Positions 52,123-61,672 of a stretch of DNA of 64,000 nucleotides are shown in pieces. Made by a program: the position numbers and the translations under genes. Every line of letters starts with the position of its first letter. Positions within the stretch are counted from its first letter, which is position 1. Source of the stretch: a virus; the IMG/VR virus record IMGVR_UViG_3300037882_002024, positions 7,245 through 71,244 of that record. The stretch is one strand, 5' to 3'. The notes under the pieces were generated by a model. That model worked only from the letters and a program-made list of their open reading frames with translations, was not told where the DNA came from and ran no database searches.

Positions 52123-52365
52123 ATGGGCGATGTTAGCCGGTTTGAAACGAACCGTAAGGGCACGATGGCCGTGGAGTGGCTGCAGTTGCACCTAGCCGAA
52201 AAGCAGGGCACAGACTTCACGGGGCGTATCGTGGTAGAACTCATTTACCACGATGGCTACCCAACGAAAGCGCGCTTCGTTGATGAAACCACCGTCTGCG
52301 ATATGAGCGACGAGGAGCGCACAGCGTACATCGAAAAAAACAAAAAAATACCGCCCGCCACTTGA
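52123..52365 (+). CDS. hypothetical protein
   Basis: GGAG RBS; ATG 52123. Confidence 0.55.
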   Translation: MGDVSRFETNRKGTMAVEWLQLHLAEKQGTDFTGRIVVELIYHDGYPTKARFVDETTVCDMSDEERTAYIEKNKKIPPAT

Positions 52366-52412
52366 CACGGAGCAAAACGCCGTGTAGGGTGAAGCTAGCT
52401 AAAATTTTTTAG
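52362..52412 (+). promoter_or_regulatory. prohead-protease promoter with box at the start site
   Basis: TTGACA(52362)-17-TAGGGT; box 52399. Confidence 0.75.
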
Positions 52413-52460
52413 TCGGCTAACGGATAACCACCTACAAGCCGACGCACCTGCTCGAAACGA

Positions 52461-54509
52461 GTGGGCGCGTCGGCTTTCTGCATTTATGGAGCGCTGCGCG
52501 TGGACGAAATTCTCGCATTGGTCAACAAGCGCGGCATGGTCCGCAATTCCATCTCCACGGCCTTACCCTACCTTCGCACCGTAGACTCGGCCATCAGTGG
52601 GGCACGTGCAGGCACGTTGACGCCGCGCGACCTGTCGTTATACTCCGGGGCCTCGTGGCAGGCGGCGATGAAGCACGCCGCCGAAACGCTGGTCTATCGC
52701 AACGAAGGCATGCGCTATCTCAAAGCCGCATCCAACGAAGCTGATGCTAAGAGCGGCCTGACGCCTGTGGCCACGTTCGAGGCGGTCATCACGTCGATCA
52801 AGCAAGATCGCGATAACGATGTCTTGCACCCGGAAGGCGCCGAGGTCGATCCCTACGCACCGCTGCTGTGGCAGCACAACCCGCTGGAGCCTATCGGCAA
52901 GCTCACCAAGGTGCTGAGCAAGAGCAAGGACAATGTTACGGCAGCGCTGGCCATCGCCGACATCCCGCTCGGTCGTGATGCCGCTTATTTGGTGGAGTTC
53001 GGATCGCTGCGCATTTCGCATGGCTTCCGCGCGCACGAGTTCAAGCCGATCAAATCTGGCAGCGACGTCGTTGGCTTCGAGGTCTTGAAGTACGACGTGA
53101 TGGAAGTGTCGCTGGTATCGGTGCCCAGCAATACCGACGCTGTCATCACGGCGTTCGCGCGTGGCAAGCTCACCAGCCCGGTGTGCAAAAGCTGGGGGCG
53201 CAGCCTGTATGCGTCGCGACCGATTGTCGTGCGTGGCGGCTTCGGTGGCTTCAAGAAGGCTGCAGCGAACATGGCCAAGGTGAAGGCCAAGCCGAAGACA
53301 GGGCGCAAGCTGGACACGAAGGCCAGCGACGACTTTGAGGAGCAACTAGCCGCCGCCGCATCGACCATCGTACACAGCAATGACTACGGCTATTGCTTCT
53401 ACGCGCAGCCCGATTCGGCGAAGGAAGAATACCAAGTCTTCTGGACTGCTGCTGACTCGGACGGCGATGGCCAAACGGCTGACGGGACGCCGTTCACCAC
53501 GATGGACGATGTCAAGTCGATCCTGAGCAACGTCCCCGGTGTCGCCAGCGTGACCATCGAATCCGAAGCAACGCCGCCCAAGGGCGAAGGCTGGCGCATG
53601 GTCTACCCGGAGATGCGGGATTGGGCCGAAGACAGCGCCGACGACGAGCAAGGCAACGAGGACAGCGAAGGCAGTGATGAAAGCGCCGAGGGGCAAGAAA
53701 GCGAAGAGGGTAAAGGCAAGAAGCCAAAGTCGAAACACGCGCTCGCGGGCGGCAAAGACAGCCCCGTGCAAGGCTCGTTCGAGGCCATCGCATCAGCGCT
53801 GTCGCGCATGGTGTTCGAGTACCTGAATGCCAACGGCGTGCCCGTGGACGAGAAGAAAAATTGGGTGTACGTGGCGGCGACCTACGCGGATAGCGTCGTG
53901 GTGGCGGTCGGCGAAAACGGCACAGGCCGAATGACGTATTACCAGATCGCCTACACGATGAACGGCGACGACCCGGTGTTGAGCGGCAAGCCCATCGCGG
54001 TCGAACTCAACACGGTGCTGCAGCGCGTCGAAGACGAAGCCAACGAAGAGCAGCCACAAGAGGCTAGCGGCGAAACGGACCCGGCGCAAGCGCACGCGCA
54101 CCCGCGCCTCAAGATGAGTTGGACGATTGCCAAAAATCCTGCGCGCCAAGGACTCAAGGGCAAGTTGACGCGCAAGGATTCGAGCAAGCTCAAAGAAGCT
54201 CAAGAGCATCTCGAAGAGGCCATCGGATCGGGCAAGATGCCGAGTACCATCAAGACGCTGGTGCAGCGCGGCGCCGACCTTGTGGCCGATGTCATGAAGT
54301 CGGATGGCTCGGAAGCCACCGATGAAGATACAGGCTCGATGGAAGGCCTTAGCGGCGAGTCGCGCGCCATCATGGCGCAGGCTCGCAAGGCAGCCGCCGA
54401 GAAAGCGCCCTACGCGCTGGCCCTCGCACTGGAAGCGCTCGCGGCGCAAATCTGCAAAGAGGCCAAAGAAGCCGACGAAAGCCAGTTGGTTCAGTTGCTG
54501 ACTGCGTAA
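52461..54509 (+). CDS. HK97-family prohead protease with long acidic C-terminal extension
   Basis: DRDNDVL, PLLWQHN..PIGK, ISHGF, EVSLVSVPSN; start may be ATG 52537. Confidence 0.85.
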   Translation: MGASAFCIYGALRVDEILALVNKRGMVRNSISTALPYLRTVDSAISGARAGTLTPRDLSLYSGASWQAAMKHAAETLVYRNEGMRYLKAASNEADAKSGLTPVATFEAVITSIKQDRDNDVLHPEGAEVDPYAPLLWQHNPLEPIGKLTKVLSKSKDNVTAALAIADIPLGRDAAYLVEFGSLRISHGFRAHEFKPIKSGSDVVGFEVLKYDVMEVSLVSVPSNTDAVITAFARGKLTSPVCKSWGRSLYASRPIVVRGGFGGFKKAAANMAKVKAKPKTGRKLDTKASDDFEEQLAAAASTIVHSNDYGYCFYAQPDSAKEEYQVFWTAADSDGDGQTADGTPFTTMDDVKSILSNVPGVASVTIESEATPPKGEGWRMVYPEMRDWAEDSADDEQGNEDSEGSDESAEGQESEEGKGKKPKSKHALAGGKDSPVQGSFEAIASALSRMVFEYLNANGVPVDEKKNWVYVAATYADSVVVAVGENGTGRMTYYQIAYTMNGDDPVLSGKPIAVELNTVLQRVEDEANEEQPQEASGETDPAQAHAHPRLKMSWTIAKNPARQGLKGKLTRKDSSKLKEAQEHLEEAIGSGKMPSTIKTLVQRGADLVADVMKSDGSEATDEDTGSMEGLSGESRAIMAQARKAAAEKAPYALALALEALAAQICKEAKEADESQLVQLLTA

Positions 54510-54561
54510 TGTCAGTGAGTTGTTGACTAAACTTTTTTAGTTGTTTTGAAAAGGGTATGCA

Positions 54562-56130
54562 ATGAAGATCACGATTGCGCTCAAGGCGTTCTTGCTCGGC
54601 AAGGGGCTGGTCAGCGCGAATGCACCGGAAACCGATGTTCGCAGCGCGGCGCTCAAGGCGCTCAGCGATGGCAAGATGACCACGGCGGAGCTTAACGACC
54701 TGTGTCGCGAAGAAAACGGCGCAGGCACACTCGACGCGCTGGTAGCCAAGGCGCTCAACGAGAAGCTGGCGGCGCTCAATCTCGCGCCAGCAGAGACGAA
54801 GAACGCCACCGAGAAAGCCTTCGACGCCGCCATGTCGGGCTTCAAGACCAAAGACAGCACGACAGCGTCGGCCTTCGGCGGCGTGGCCTTCGGGATCAAT
54901 CCCGAAGTGAAGAGCATCGGCGATATGTACTCGAAGAGTCGCTCCGAGTTGTTCTTGCCGGAGCGCACGCGCAGCGGCATGAAGCGCGTCGATGCGGGGC
55001 GCCCGGCCATGTTCAACGGCGAGCGCCTGTACGGCACGTCGCAGATGGGCAAGGCGGTTGCGCAGGCCTACTTCAAATGGCAGATCGCTTGCACGAGCCA
55101 GCCGAATGATATTCCGCGCGGCCTGCGCATGACCGATCACGACAAAGAAATTTTGAAGTTTGCGCTGCACGAGTGCGAATGGACAGGCCTCATCAATCCG
55201 CACCCCGAAGACGGCGGCGGGATTGCGGTCAAGCGGCGCAAGCTCCAAGAATTTGAAGTGAAGGCGCTGCTCGACGATGCCACCAGCGGCGGTATCGAAA
55301 TCGCACCCATCGAGTTCGACGACGTGTTGGTGACGACGCCGGTGTTGTTTGGCGAACTCTTCCCGTTGGTCAACGTAGTGGACGTGGCGCGGGGGCGGCG
55401 CATGAAGGGCGGCACCGTGGGCAACCCCACCTTCGGGGCTACGGGCGAAGGCACGGGCATCACCGCCTTCGATACGACAGCCTTCGTCGCGTCGTTCGAC
55501 ACGACGATTTACGTGGCCAGCGCGTCGATGGAAATCGGGATGGATTTTGAGGAAGATTCGCCCACGAATATCGGCGGCATCATCATCGACAAGTTCGGCG
55601 AAAAGGCAATGGAGTGGTACGACCGCGTCATCGCCGTTGGCAACGGGACCACGGAGCCGCAAGGTATCTCACTGGCTACGGGTACGACCGTTGTGCCCTC
55701 AGACTTTTCCACAAGTGGCCCGCCAACCGTTAGCGACTACGAAGGCTTGATGTTCGGCGTCAACAAAGCGTACCGCAATACCAAGGGCAGCCGCAACGTG
55801 TACATTGCCAACGAAGTGTCGTACCGCAACGCGCGCGCCATTCCGGTCGGCCCCGCCGACGAGCGCCGCGTCTTCGGCATGACGCATGGCGACTACCAGA
55901 TTCTAGACACGCCGTACAAAGTCCAGAATGACATCACGAACAGCACGATCATGTACGCCAACCTTGGTTACTACCGGCTATACCGACGCCTCGGTGTCAC
56001 GGTGCGCAACGAGACGGGCGGCAACTACTTGGCCAGCCGCAACCAGCGCCTCATCGTGGTGCGCCTGCGCACTGGTGGCAAGTTGGAGCAAGGCGGGGCG
56101 GCAGCCATCATGACCGACGCCAAGTCGTAA
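54562..56130 (+). CDS. major capsid protein (HK97 fold) with N-terminal scaffold/delta domain
   Basis: SGGIEIAPIEF, P-domain region, AVGNGTTEPQGI, GDYQILDTPY, YANLGYYRLYRR; follows portal and protease. Confidence 0.88.
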   Translation: MKITIALKAFLLGKGLVSANAPETDVRSAALKALSDGKMTTAELNDLCREENGAGTLDALVAKALNEKLAALNLAPAETKNATEKAFDAAMSGFKTKDSTTASAFGGVAFGINPEVKSIGDMYSKSRSELFLPERTRSGMKRVDAGRPAMFNGERLYGTSQMGKAVAQAYFKWQIACTSQPNDIPRGLRMTDHDKEILKFALHECEWTGLINPHPEDGGGIAVKRRKLQEFEVKALLDDATSGGIEIAPIEFDDVLVTTPVLFGELFPLVNVVDVARGRRMKGGTVGNPTFGATGEGTGITAFDTTAFVASFDTTIYVASASMEIGMDFEEDSPTNIGGIIIDKFGEKAMEWYDRVIAVGNGTTEPQGISLATGTTVVPSDFSTSGPPTVSDYEGLMFGVNKAYRNTKGSRNVYIANEVSYRNARAIPVGPADERRVFGMTHGDYQILDTPYKVQNDITNSTIMYANLGYYRLYRRLGVTVRNETGGNYLASRNQRLIVVRLRTGGKLEQGGAAAIMTDAKS

Positions 56131-56147
56131 GAGCAGCAGAAAACAAA

Positions 56148-56171
56148 GGTGGCTAAAATGTTTTAGCCACC
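56148..56171. terminator. box embedded in an 11-bp hairpin after the capsid gene
   Basis: GGTGGCTAAAA-TG-TTTTAGCCACC followed by ACTTTG. Confidence 0.5.
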
Positions 56172-56237
56172 ACTTTGCTTGCAATATGCAAGCCGTATCG
56201 GGCGACGAGCGCCCTGTTTTTCAAAAAGGATTCCATT

Positions 56238-56846
56238 ATGTTCCTGTATATTACCGGCGGTGGCCGTGGGAAACTGACGCAGACAGCCGGGACGCGCATT
56301 CAAGCGCTGATTGGTGGTGTTGGCAAATTCTTCACGTGTGTCACCAATTTTCGCGTGACCACGGCGGGCACAGCGCACACAGTAACGCTGATGCGTGGCG
56401 CCTCGCGAACATCGGTAGCTACTGAGCTTGCCGCCGCCGGGACTGCGTTAGTTGTTGCTGCGGCGCTTACGGATGGCGCTGGCGCTGCCATCGCAGCCAA
56501 CGACCTTGTTGGGGTTCGCCTTGATGATGGCTCGTGGCATTTGTCGGTCGTTTCCGCGTGGACTTCGGGGACATTGACAATCACGCTTGCCACGGCAATC
56601 CCGACCGGGCGCACTGCCAAAAAAGGCGCGCTCGTTGTGAATTATGGCGTTGCTGGTGACGCTTTCCATTCAGCGCATCAGCACAACAGTGGCGCGGGCG
56701 CGACCAACAACTTCCCGGCTGTTGCTGTTGATGCGGCCCCGCTGGTTCACGGCACAGGCGCCGGTGAGCCGATTCTGCTCGACATTGACAACGCTACGGC
56801 GGCTAGCACCTTGGAGCAATGTAGCTTTGGCTGCATGAAGTATTAA
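56238..56846 (+). CDS. putative virion (head decoration-like) protein
   Basis: AAGGA RBS; Ala/Gly/Thr-rich; directly after MCP. Confidence 0.55.
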   Translation: MFLYITGGGRGKLTQTAGTRIQALIGGVGKFFTCVTNFRVTTAGTAHTVTLMRGASRTSVATELAAAGTALVVAAALTDGAGAAIAANDLVGVRLDDGSWHLSVVSAWTSGTLTITLATAIPTGRTAKKGALVVNYGVAGDAFHSAHQHNSGAGATNNFPAVAVDAAPLVHGTGAGEPILLDIDNATAASTLEQCSFGCMKY

Positions 56847-56850
56847 CAAA

Positions 56851-56886
56851 GCCGTGTCGATGGAGCCTAGGCTCCATCGACACGGC
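56851..56886. repeat. 36-bp perfect palindrome
   Basis: GCCGTGTCGATGGAGCCT|AGGCTCCATCGACACGGC, intergenic. Confidence 0.92.
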
Positions 56887-56906
56887 AATTGCACAGGTCA
56901 ATCCAA

Positions 56907-59435
56907 ATGCGCTGTATCGCGCTAATCAACTACGATCCGGCAACAGCGGCAACCGCATCTACGGCTACGCTGCTGGCAATGACCGCTATCGACACGACTA
57001 ATCTGCGGCACACGTTCACGGTACCAGCTTCGGGCAAGGTGCGCGTCGTCCTTGAGTGCACTATTCACGGTGGCTCAGCCCATCCGCAAATTCTGATTGG
57101 CGTGCTCCAAAGCTCAACTGTTATTTGTCGCGTGCCGCCGCGCTATAACACTTTCAGCGCAACATCAACAGCCTTGAATCGAGCACGCGCCGAGTTCACG
57201 ATTACTGGCCTCACGCCCGGCGCATCGCTCACGTGGGACGCAGCCTACAGCGTTGAGACAATCGTAGCCGCAACCGCCATCAAGTGGGGCGGGCCGAACA
57301 ACGCAACCGCCAATGACGCGTTTGGCGCGTTCTCGTTCGAGTTGTGGGACGCCGACCCGTACCCCGCGAATTTCTCGGCGCAGAGCATTGACAGCAACGG
57401 GCGCGTAGACACCATCAAGATTGCAGGCACGACGCAGACAGCGCGTGACATCGGCGAGAGCGTTCTTGTGTCTGCTGGTACGGGGGCCGGTCAACTGGAC
57501 TTTACGAGTGGACGCCTAAACGTGAACACCACTCACGCTGCTGGGACTGCATGGAACTCAGGGGCATTAACCGGGGCTACGATTGGCTCGGGGTATGTCA
57601 GCGCAATTACGAACGGCCTAGCGACGTCGAGCGAAGTGCTGCCGATGGCAATGGAGGTGTCATCTATATTCACCGACACTGGAACTAGCATCCCAGCAAC
57701 GTTGGTTACAATTGCGGGCTATCTCGACACAGAAATTGCAGACATCAAAGCAGTTACAAACAAACTCGACACCACAATAGAGCTTGACGGCTCTGTGTAT
57801 CGCTACACGACCAACGCACTTGAACAAGCCCCTTCCGGCGGTGGCGGTGGAACAGACTGGACTACTGACGAGAAAGCAGCAATCCGCTCAATCCTCGGTA
57901 TCCCAGCAAGCGGTACGACGCCCGACGATCCGACGGTCGGCATCCTTGACACGATCCGCGACGCCGTCGGCGCGGTAGACGGCGTGGTTGATGCGATTCT
58001 TGTGGATACAGCCGAGATTGGCGCCGCCGGTGCGGGGCTGACATCGCTCCCGTGGAACACGGCGTGGGACGCCGAAGTGCAAAGCGAATGCGCTGATGCA
58101 CTCGCGGCATATGGTGCCTCAACCTATGGCGGCGCTGACACAAGCGGAATAACAACGCTACTTGACCGACTTACTAGCGCTCGCGCATCGTATTTTGACA
58201 AGCTAAACATCACGGGCAGCGTTGCTAGCAGCGGTGAAGTGACCGCAATTCAAAACAACACGAGAATCGCATTCATCGTACCTGAGCAGGTGATTCGGCC
58301 CGCATCAGGGACGACGACAGTTTACGTGCGGGTGTATCTGTACGACGCGACTGGCAACATGGAAGCGCCGGACAGCGCGCCGACAATCGAGCTACGCAAT
58401 GCGGTTGGGGCTGATCTGACTGCACGCCTCGCGTCGCCGACAGGAACGCTCGAATCGACGGGCGTCTACCGGTGGGCATACACGAGTAGTGCGGCGGATA
58501 ATTTAGAACAGATTCTTTGGTCGCTCACTATTGTTGAAGGTGGGGCGACGCGGTCCAACGGCCGCGCGTCGTGGATCGCGGACACGTATACCACAGATTT
58601 TACGTCGAGTGACCGAACAACACTCAATGCCATTGCTGGTTTTGTCGATTCGATGCCAGCCGATGTACGCACGGAATTGGCGGCAGAATTGGCCCGCATT
58701 GACGTAGCGACAAGCACACGCCTTGCCACTGCTGGCTACACCACGCCGCCGACGGTGGGCCAAATCGACACGCAGCTAAGCAGCGCTCATGGGGCTGGCT
58801 CGTGGGCTACGGCAGTAGGCTTTGCTGTTGCTGGCGATGAAATGGCGATCACAACCAGCAGCGCTAACGCATTAGTTAGCGCAACAGCGGGCGCCGCTGC
58901 TACTGCAATTACAATTGACCACGGCAGCGGTAGCTACGTTCGTAACACTGAGCCGCCGACGGTGGGCCAAATCGACACGCAGCTAAGTGGCACTCACGGC
59001 GCTGGCCAGTGGATTACAGCGGTGGGGTTTTCGACACATTCAGCGTCAGACGTATGGTTGTCTGGGACGCGAACGCTCTCCGCATTCGGCTTCGCGGTGG
59101 ACACCAACGCCAACGCGACCGAAGTCGCGATCAAAGCGAAGACCGACAACCTGCCTGCAAGCCCCGCCGCTGTCGGCTCCGCCATGACGCTGACGAGCGG
59201 CGAACGCGATGCGGCGGCTACGGCGCTACTTGACCTAACGAACGGCGTTGAGGCGTCTATCACGGTGCGCGGAGCACTACGGGCAATTGCCTCAGCGCTC
59301 GCGGGCGTACTTTCTGGAGCGGGCGGGAGCGGCAACGCGACCGTTACCGTGCGGGCCGTTGGCAACGCCGGGACGACGCGGCTCACGGTCGAGACGGACG
59401 AGGACGGCAATCGCACGAGTGTCACGCTGGGGTAA
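56907..59435 (+). CDS. large Thr/Ala/Gly/Ser-rich virion protein (head or neck fibre-like)
   Basis: Composition, Ig-like segment (VYVRVYLYD..TGVYRWAYT), internal repeat, position in structural cluster. Confidence 0.65.
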   Translation: MRCIALINYDPATAATASTATLLAMTAIDTTNLRHTFTVPASGKVRVVLECTIHGGSAHPQILIGVLQSSTVICRVPPRYNTFSATSTALNRARAEFTITGLTPGASLTWDAAYSVETIVAATAIKWGGPNNATANDAFGAFSFELWDADPYPANFSAQSIDSNGRVDTIKIAGTTQTARDIGESVLVSAGTGAGQLDFTSGRLNVNTTHAAGTAWNSGALTGATIGSGYVSAITNGLATSSEVLPMAMEVSSIFTDTGTSIPATLVTIAGYLDTEIADIKAVTNKLDTTIELDGSVYRYTTNALEQAPSGGGGGTDWTTDEKAAIRSILGIPASGTTPDDPTVGILDTIRDAVGAVDGVVDAILVDTAEIGAAGAGLTSLPWNTAWDAEVQSECADALAAYGASTYGGADTSGITTLLDRLTSARASYFDKLNITGSVASSGEVTAIQNNTRIAFIVPEQVIRPASGTTTVYVRVYLYDATGNMEAPDSAPTIELRNAVGADLTARLASPTGTLESTGVYRWAYTSSAADNLEQILWSLTIVEGGATRSNGRASWIADTYTTDFTSSDRTTLNAIAGFVDSMPADVRTELAAELARIDVATSTRLATAGYTTPPTVGQIDTQLSSAHGAGSWATAVGFAVAGDEMAITTSSANALVSATAGAAATAITIDHGSGSYVRNTEPPTVGQIDTQLSGTHGAGQWITAVGFSTHSASDVWLSGTRTLSAFGFAVDTNANATEVAIKAKTDNLPASPAAVGSAMTLTSGERDAAATALLDLTNGVEASITVRGALRAIASALAGVLSGAGGSGNATVTVRAVGNAGTTRLTVETDEDGNRTSVTLG
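58745..58987 (+). repeat. 36-bp identical intragenic direct repeat
   Basis: GCCGCCGACGGTGGGCCAAATCGACACGCAGCTAAG at 58745-58780 and 58952-58987 (PPTVGQIDTQLS..HGAG.W). Confidence 0.9.
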
Positions 59436-59438
59436 GTG

Positions 59439-59669
59439 ATGTTCCCGACCAGACTATTTCCGTTGCGGCTGTTTGGGTGGCGCTTGTTTGGAAGAGTGGC
59501 GCCTGCTTTGGCGCCACACGTAGTTATTGACGGCCCGGTATTTGGCCGTGTGTTTGACGGCAGTTGCGATTCGCGTGTATTTGATAGCCAAGAGCCAAGC
59601 CGTGTCATTGGCGGTGCTGTTGAAAGCAGGATTTTTGACGGCAGCATAGCGCAACGAATCATCAATTAG
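59439..59669 (+). CDS. small virion-associated hypothetical protein
   Basis: F.xR.F repeats at N-terminus; between fibre-like and adaptor-like genes. Confidence 0.5.
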   Translation: MFPTRLFPLRLFGWRLFGRVAPALAPHVVIDGPVFGRVFDGSCDSRVFDSQEPSRVIGGAVESRIFDGSIAQRIIN

Positions 59670-59676
59670 GGGCAAC

Positions 59677-60030
59677 ATGGAAAGGCCGCAAATAGCCATA
59701 ACACTGCCAAAAATTGTCAGCGAAGAAATTTTTTTCGTTTTTGACTTTCAGCAGTTCCCGGAAGTCGTAGCAGGAGAAACAATCTCGGACCCTGTCGTAT
59801 CAACAGTAGAGGCCAACCCCTCTACTGTGCTGACAGGAACACTGACAATTGGCGCTCATGCGGTAACGAGCGAAGATATTATTGATGGGGAGAAAACAGT
59901 TCCAGCCGGAAAGGGCGTTTCTTGCCTGATTAAAAATGGAACAAGAAGCGCCATCTATACTGTTGATTGCATAGTGTCGCTTTCGGGCGGCGGTAAGAGA
60001 ACTCGCCGTGGATACATCAAGGTCATGTGA
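59677..60030 (+). CDS. phage fibre-tail adaptor-like protein
   Basis: K..SEEIFFVFDF...GETIS...G....YTVDC....GG..R pattern. Confidence 0.55.
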   Translation: MERPQIAITLPKIVSEEIFFVFDFQQFPEVVAGETISDPVVSTVEANPSTVLTGTLTIGAHAVTSEDIIDGEKTVPAGKGVSCLIKNGTRSAIYTVDCIVSLSGGGKRTRRGYIKVM

Positions 60031-60048
60031 CTTACTTGCAAGGCAGCA

Positions 60049-60657
60049 ATGGACAAGGAAACGATTATCGTTGGACTTCTTTCCGCAGTTACAGCAGTCG
60101 CGATTGCTGTACTTGCTGGTACCAAAAAAGTGATCGACGAGTACGCTTCGATGCTCATTGCGAGGATCAGAAAAAGGCGTTATTCGCGAGGGTTGTTTGG
60201 ACTCGCTGAATTTATGTTTGCCTTTGAGTCGTTGTGCGACCTTGCATGTATTGAGAGATACATGCTGATGGAAGGCAAGGACAGCGGCGGTTTGCCGGAA
60301 GCCGGAAAGCCTTACACGGCACGATGTCTTTATGGCGGAACAAAAATAAAAGAAAGACAAGACCCGTCAAAAATCTATGGCTTCGACCTTGAGATCGACG
60401 GTGCATATGTAAGTATGCTGAATGTGATTGTAAATCAAGGTTATGTGCGACTCGTCTGCCAGACAATGGAGCCGTGTTTGCTTAAGCGCTACTACACCGC
60501 CGAGGGTGTAGCAGAGGTCGTGGTAGGGCTTGTTGGGATTGTTGACAATAGGCTTCTTTACGTGTCACTCGGAAAATATACAGGGAGTTTCGCTGATACG
60601 GAAATAACCGCTATTGGGCTAGGCTTACAGCGCTTGCGAGCGCAGTTGAATAAGTAG
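60049..60657 (+). CDS. single N-terminal TM protein
   Basis: IIVGLLSAVTAVAIAVLAG then soluble domain; function unknown. Confidence 0.55.
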   Translation: MDKETIIVGLLSAVTAVAIAVLAGTKKVIDEYASMLIARIRKRRYSRGLFGLAEFMFAFESLCDLACIERYMLMEGKDSGGLPEAGKPYTARCLYGGTKIKERQDPSKIYGFDLEIDGAYVSMLNVIVNQGYVRLVCQTMEPCLLKRYYTAEGVAEVVVGLVGIVDNRLLYVSLGKYTGSFADTEITAIGLGLQRLRAQLNK

Positions 60658-60835
60658 GCTGTCAGCCTATGATGGCTAAGCGATAAGGATTATCGCTTGG
60701 CGCGGGTGGGAAAAAACCGTAAGATACGGTACGCTTAGAAGCGCGCGTTGTACGAAGCAACTTGATAAATCAGCATTGACGTTGACAGCTTGCGCCTTAT
60801 TCCCGCTAAAATTTTTTAGTCATTTGGAGTCTGAT

Positions 60836-61417
60836 ATGGCCGATGAGAAGAAGGGCGATAAAAAGGACGAGCCGCGTAGCTCGTTCGTGCCGCTGTTATT
60901 CGAGATTGAGATCGGCAACGACAAAAATCGCGCCGTGTTGTTTCAGCCAACACAAGAGCGGCTGCGAGGCGCATGGAAGCGCTCCAATCTCAACAGCGAT
61001 GAATTGACCGAAGTGACGCAGCGATTGCCAGATATTCCCGGCTTGCGCATCATGCTCGATGCCAAATCCGGGCGCGCTGTCATTTACGATCCGCTGGGGA
61101 TGCCGGAAAACGAGGCCGTCTTACAGCAGGCTGCGGCGCTAGCCAAAGAAGTGTTTGGCACCAATTGCGGGCCGGTTAAAGAGCGGCAGTACACAGAAAT
61201 GAAGCCTGACGACATTAAGACTTGGGCGCATTGGATGAGGCGCCTTATCCAAGGCTCCAATGCACGCCTTACCAAAGGCGTGGCGCCAAGCGAAAACGAA
61301 GTCAAGAGCATGGAAGGCAAGGCAGGCGCAGGGCGCTTCGACTCGTCGTCGAGGGCGTTCAAATTTACTGAGGATGCGGAGGATTATTTTAATCGCATTC
61401 TCAACAGCGCACGCTAG
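60836..61417 (+). CDS. hypothetical protein
   Basis: GGAG RBS after TTGACA(60782) and box 60806. Confidence 0.65.
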   Translation: MADEKKGDKKDEPRSSFVPLLFEIEIGNDKNRAVLFQPTQERLRGAWKRSNLNSDELTEVTQRLPDIPGLRIMLDAKSGRAVIYDPLGMPENEAVLQQAAALAKEVFGTNCGPVKERQYTEMKPDDIKTWAHWMRRLIQGSNARLTKGVAPSENEVKSMEGKAGAGRFDSSSRAFKFTEDAEDYFNRILNSAR

Positions 61418-61441
61418 GCCTCTTGCCGGGGGAGGCCGGGC

Positions 61442-61663
61442 GTGCGCTGGCATTACAGTAATGTCGGCGGCGCCCGGTTCGTATTTGCGGAGATGGTCAT
61501 GGTCGGCACAGCAGCAAACAAAGCAATGAACAGCGACAGGCCTTGCCAGTTCTGCAAAGGAACCAAGATTGTCGAGTCTAAAGACGCCAGCGGGCGAACA
61601 CAAGCCTCTCCATGTCCACGGTGCGGTGGCACCGGAACTGCCAAGGCACTCACACAAAAGTAA
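61442..61663 (+). CDS. small DnaJ-type zinc-finger protein
   Basis: CQFCKGTK...CPRCGGTG; real start probably later in frame. Confidence 0.55.
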   Translation: MRWHYSNVGGARFVFAEMVMVGTAANKAMNSDRPCQFCKGTKIVESKDASGRTQASPCPRCGGTGTAKALTQK

Positions 61664-61672
61664 GGGGATGCG

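Noticed and set aside
58745-58987. DGR template/variable repeat pair
   Set aside because: The copies are identical, in-frame within one gene and show no adenine-specific mismatches; no reverse transcriptase in the window
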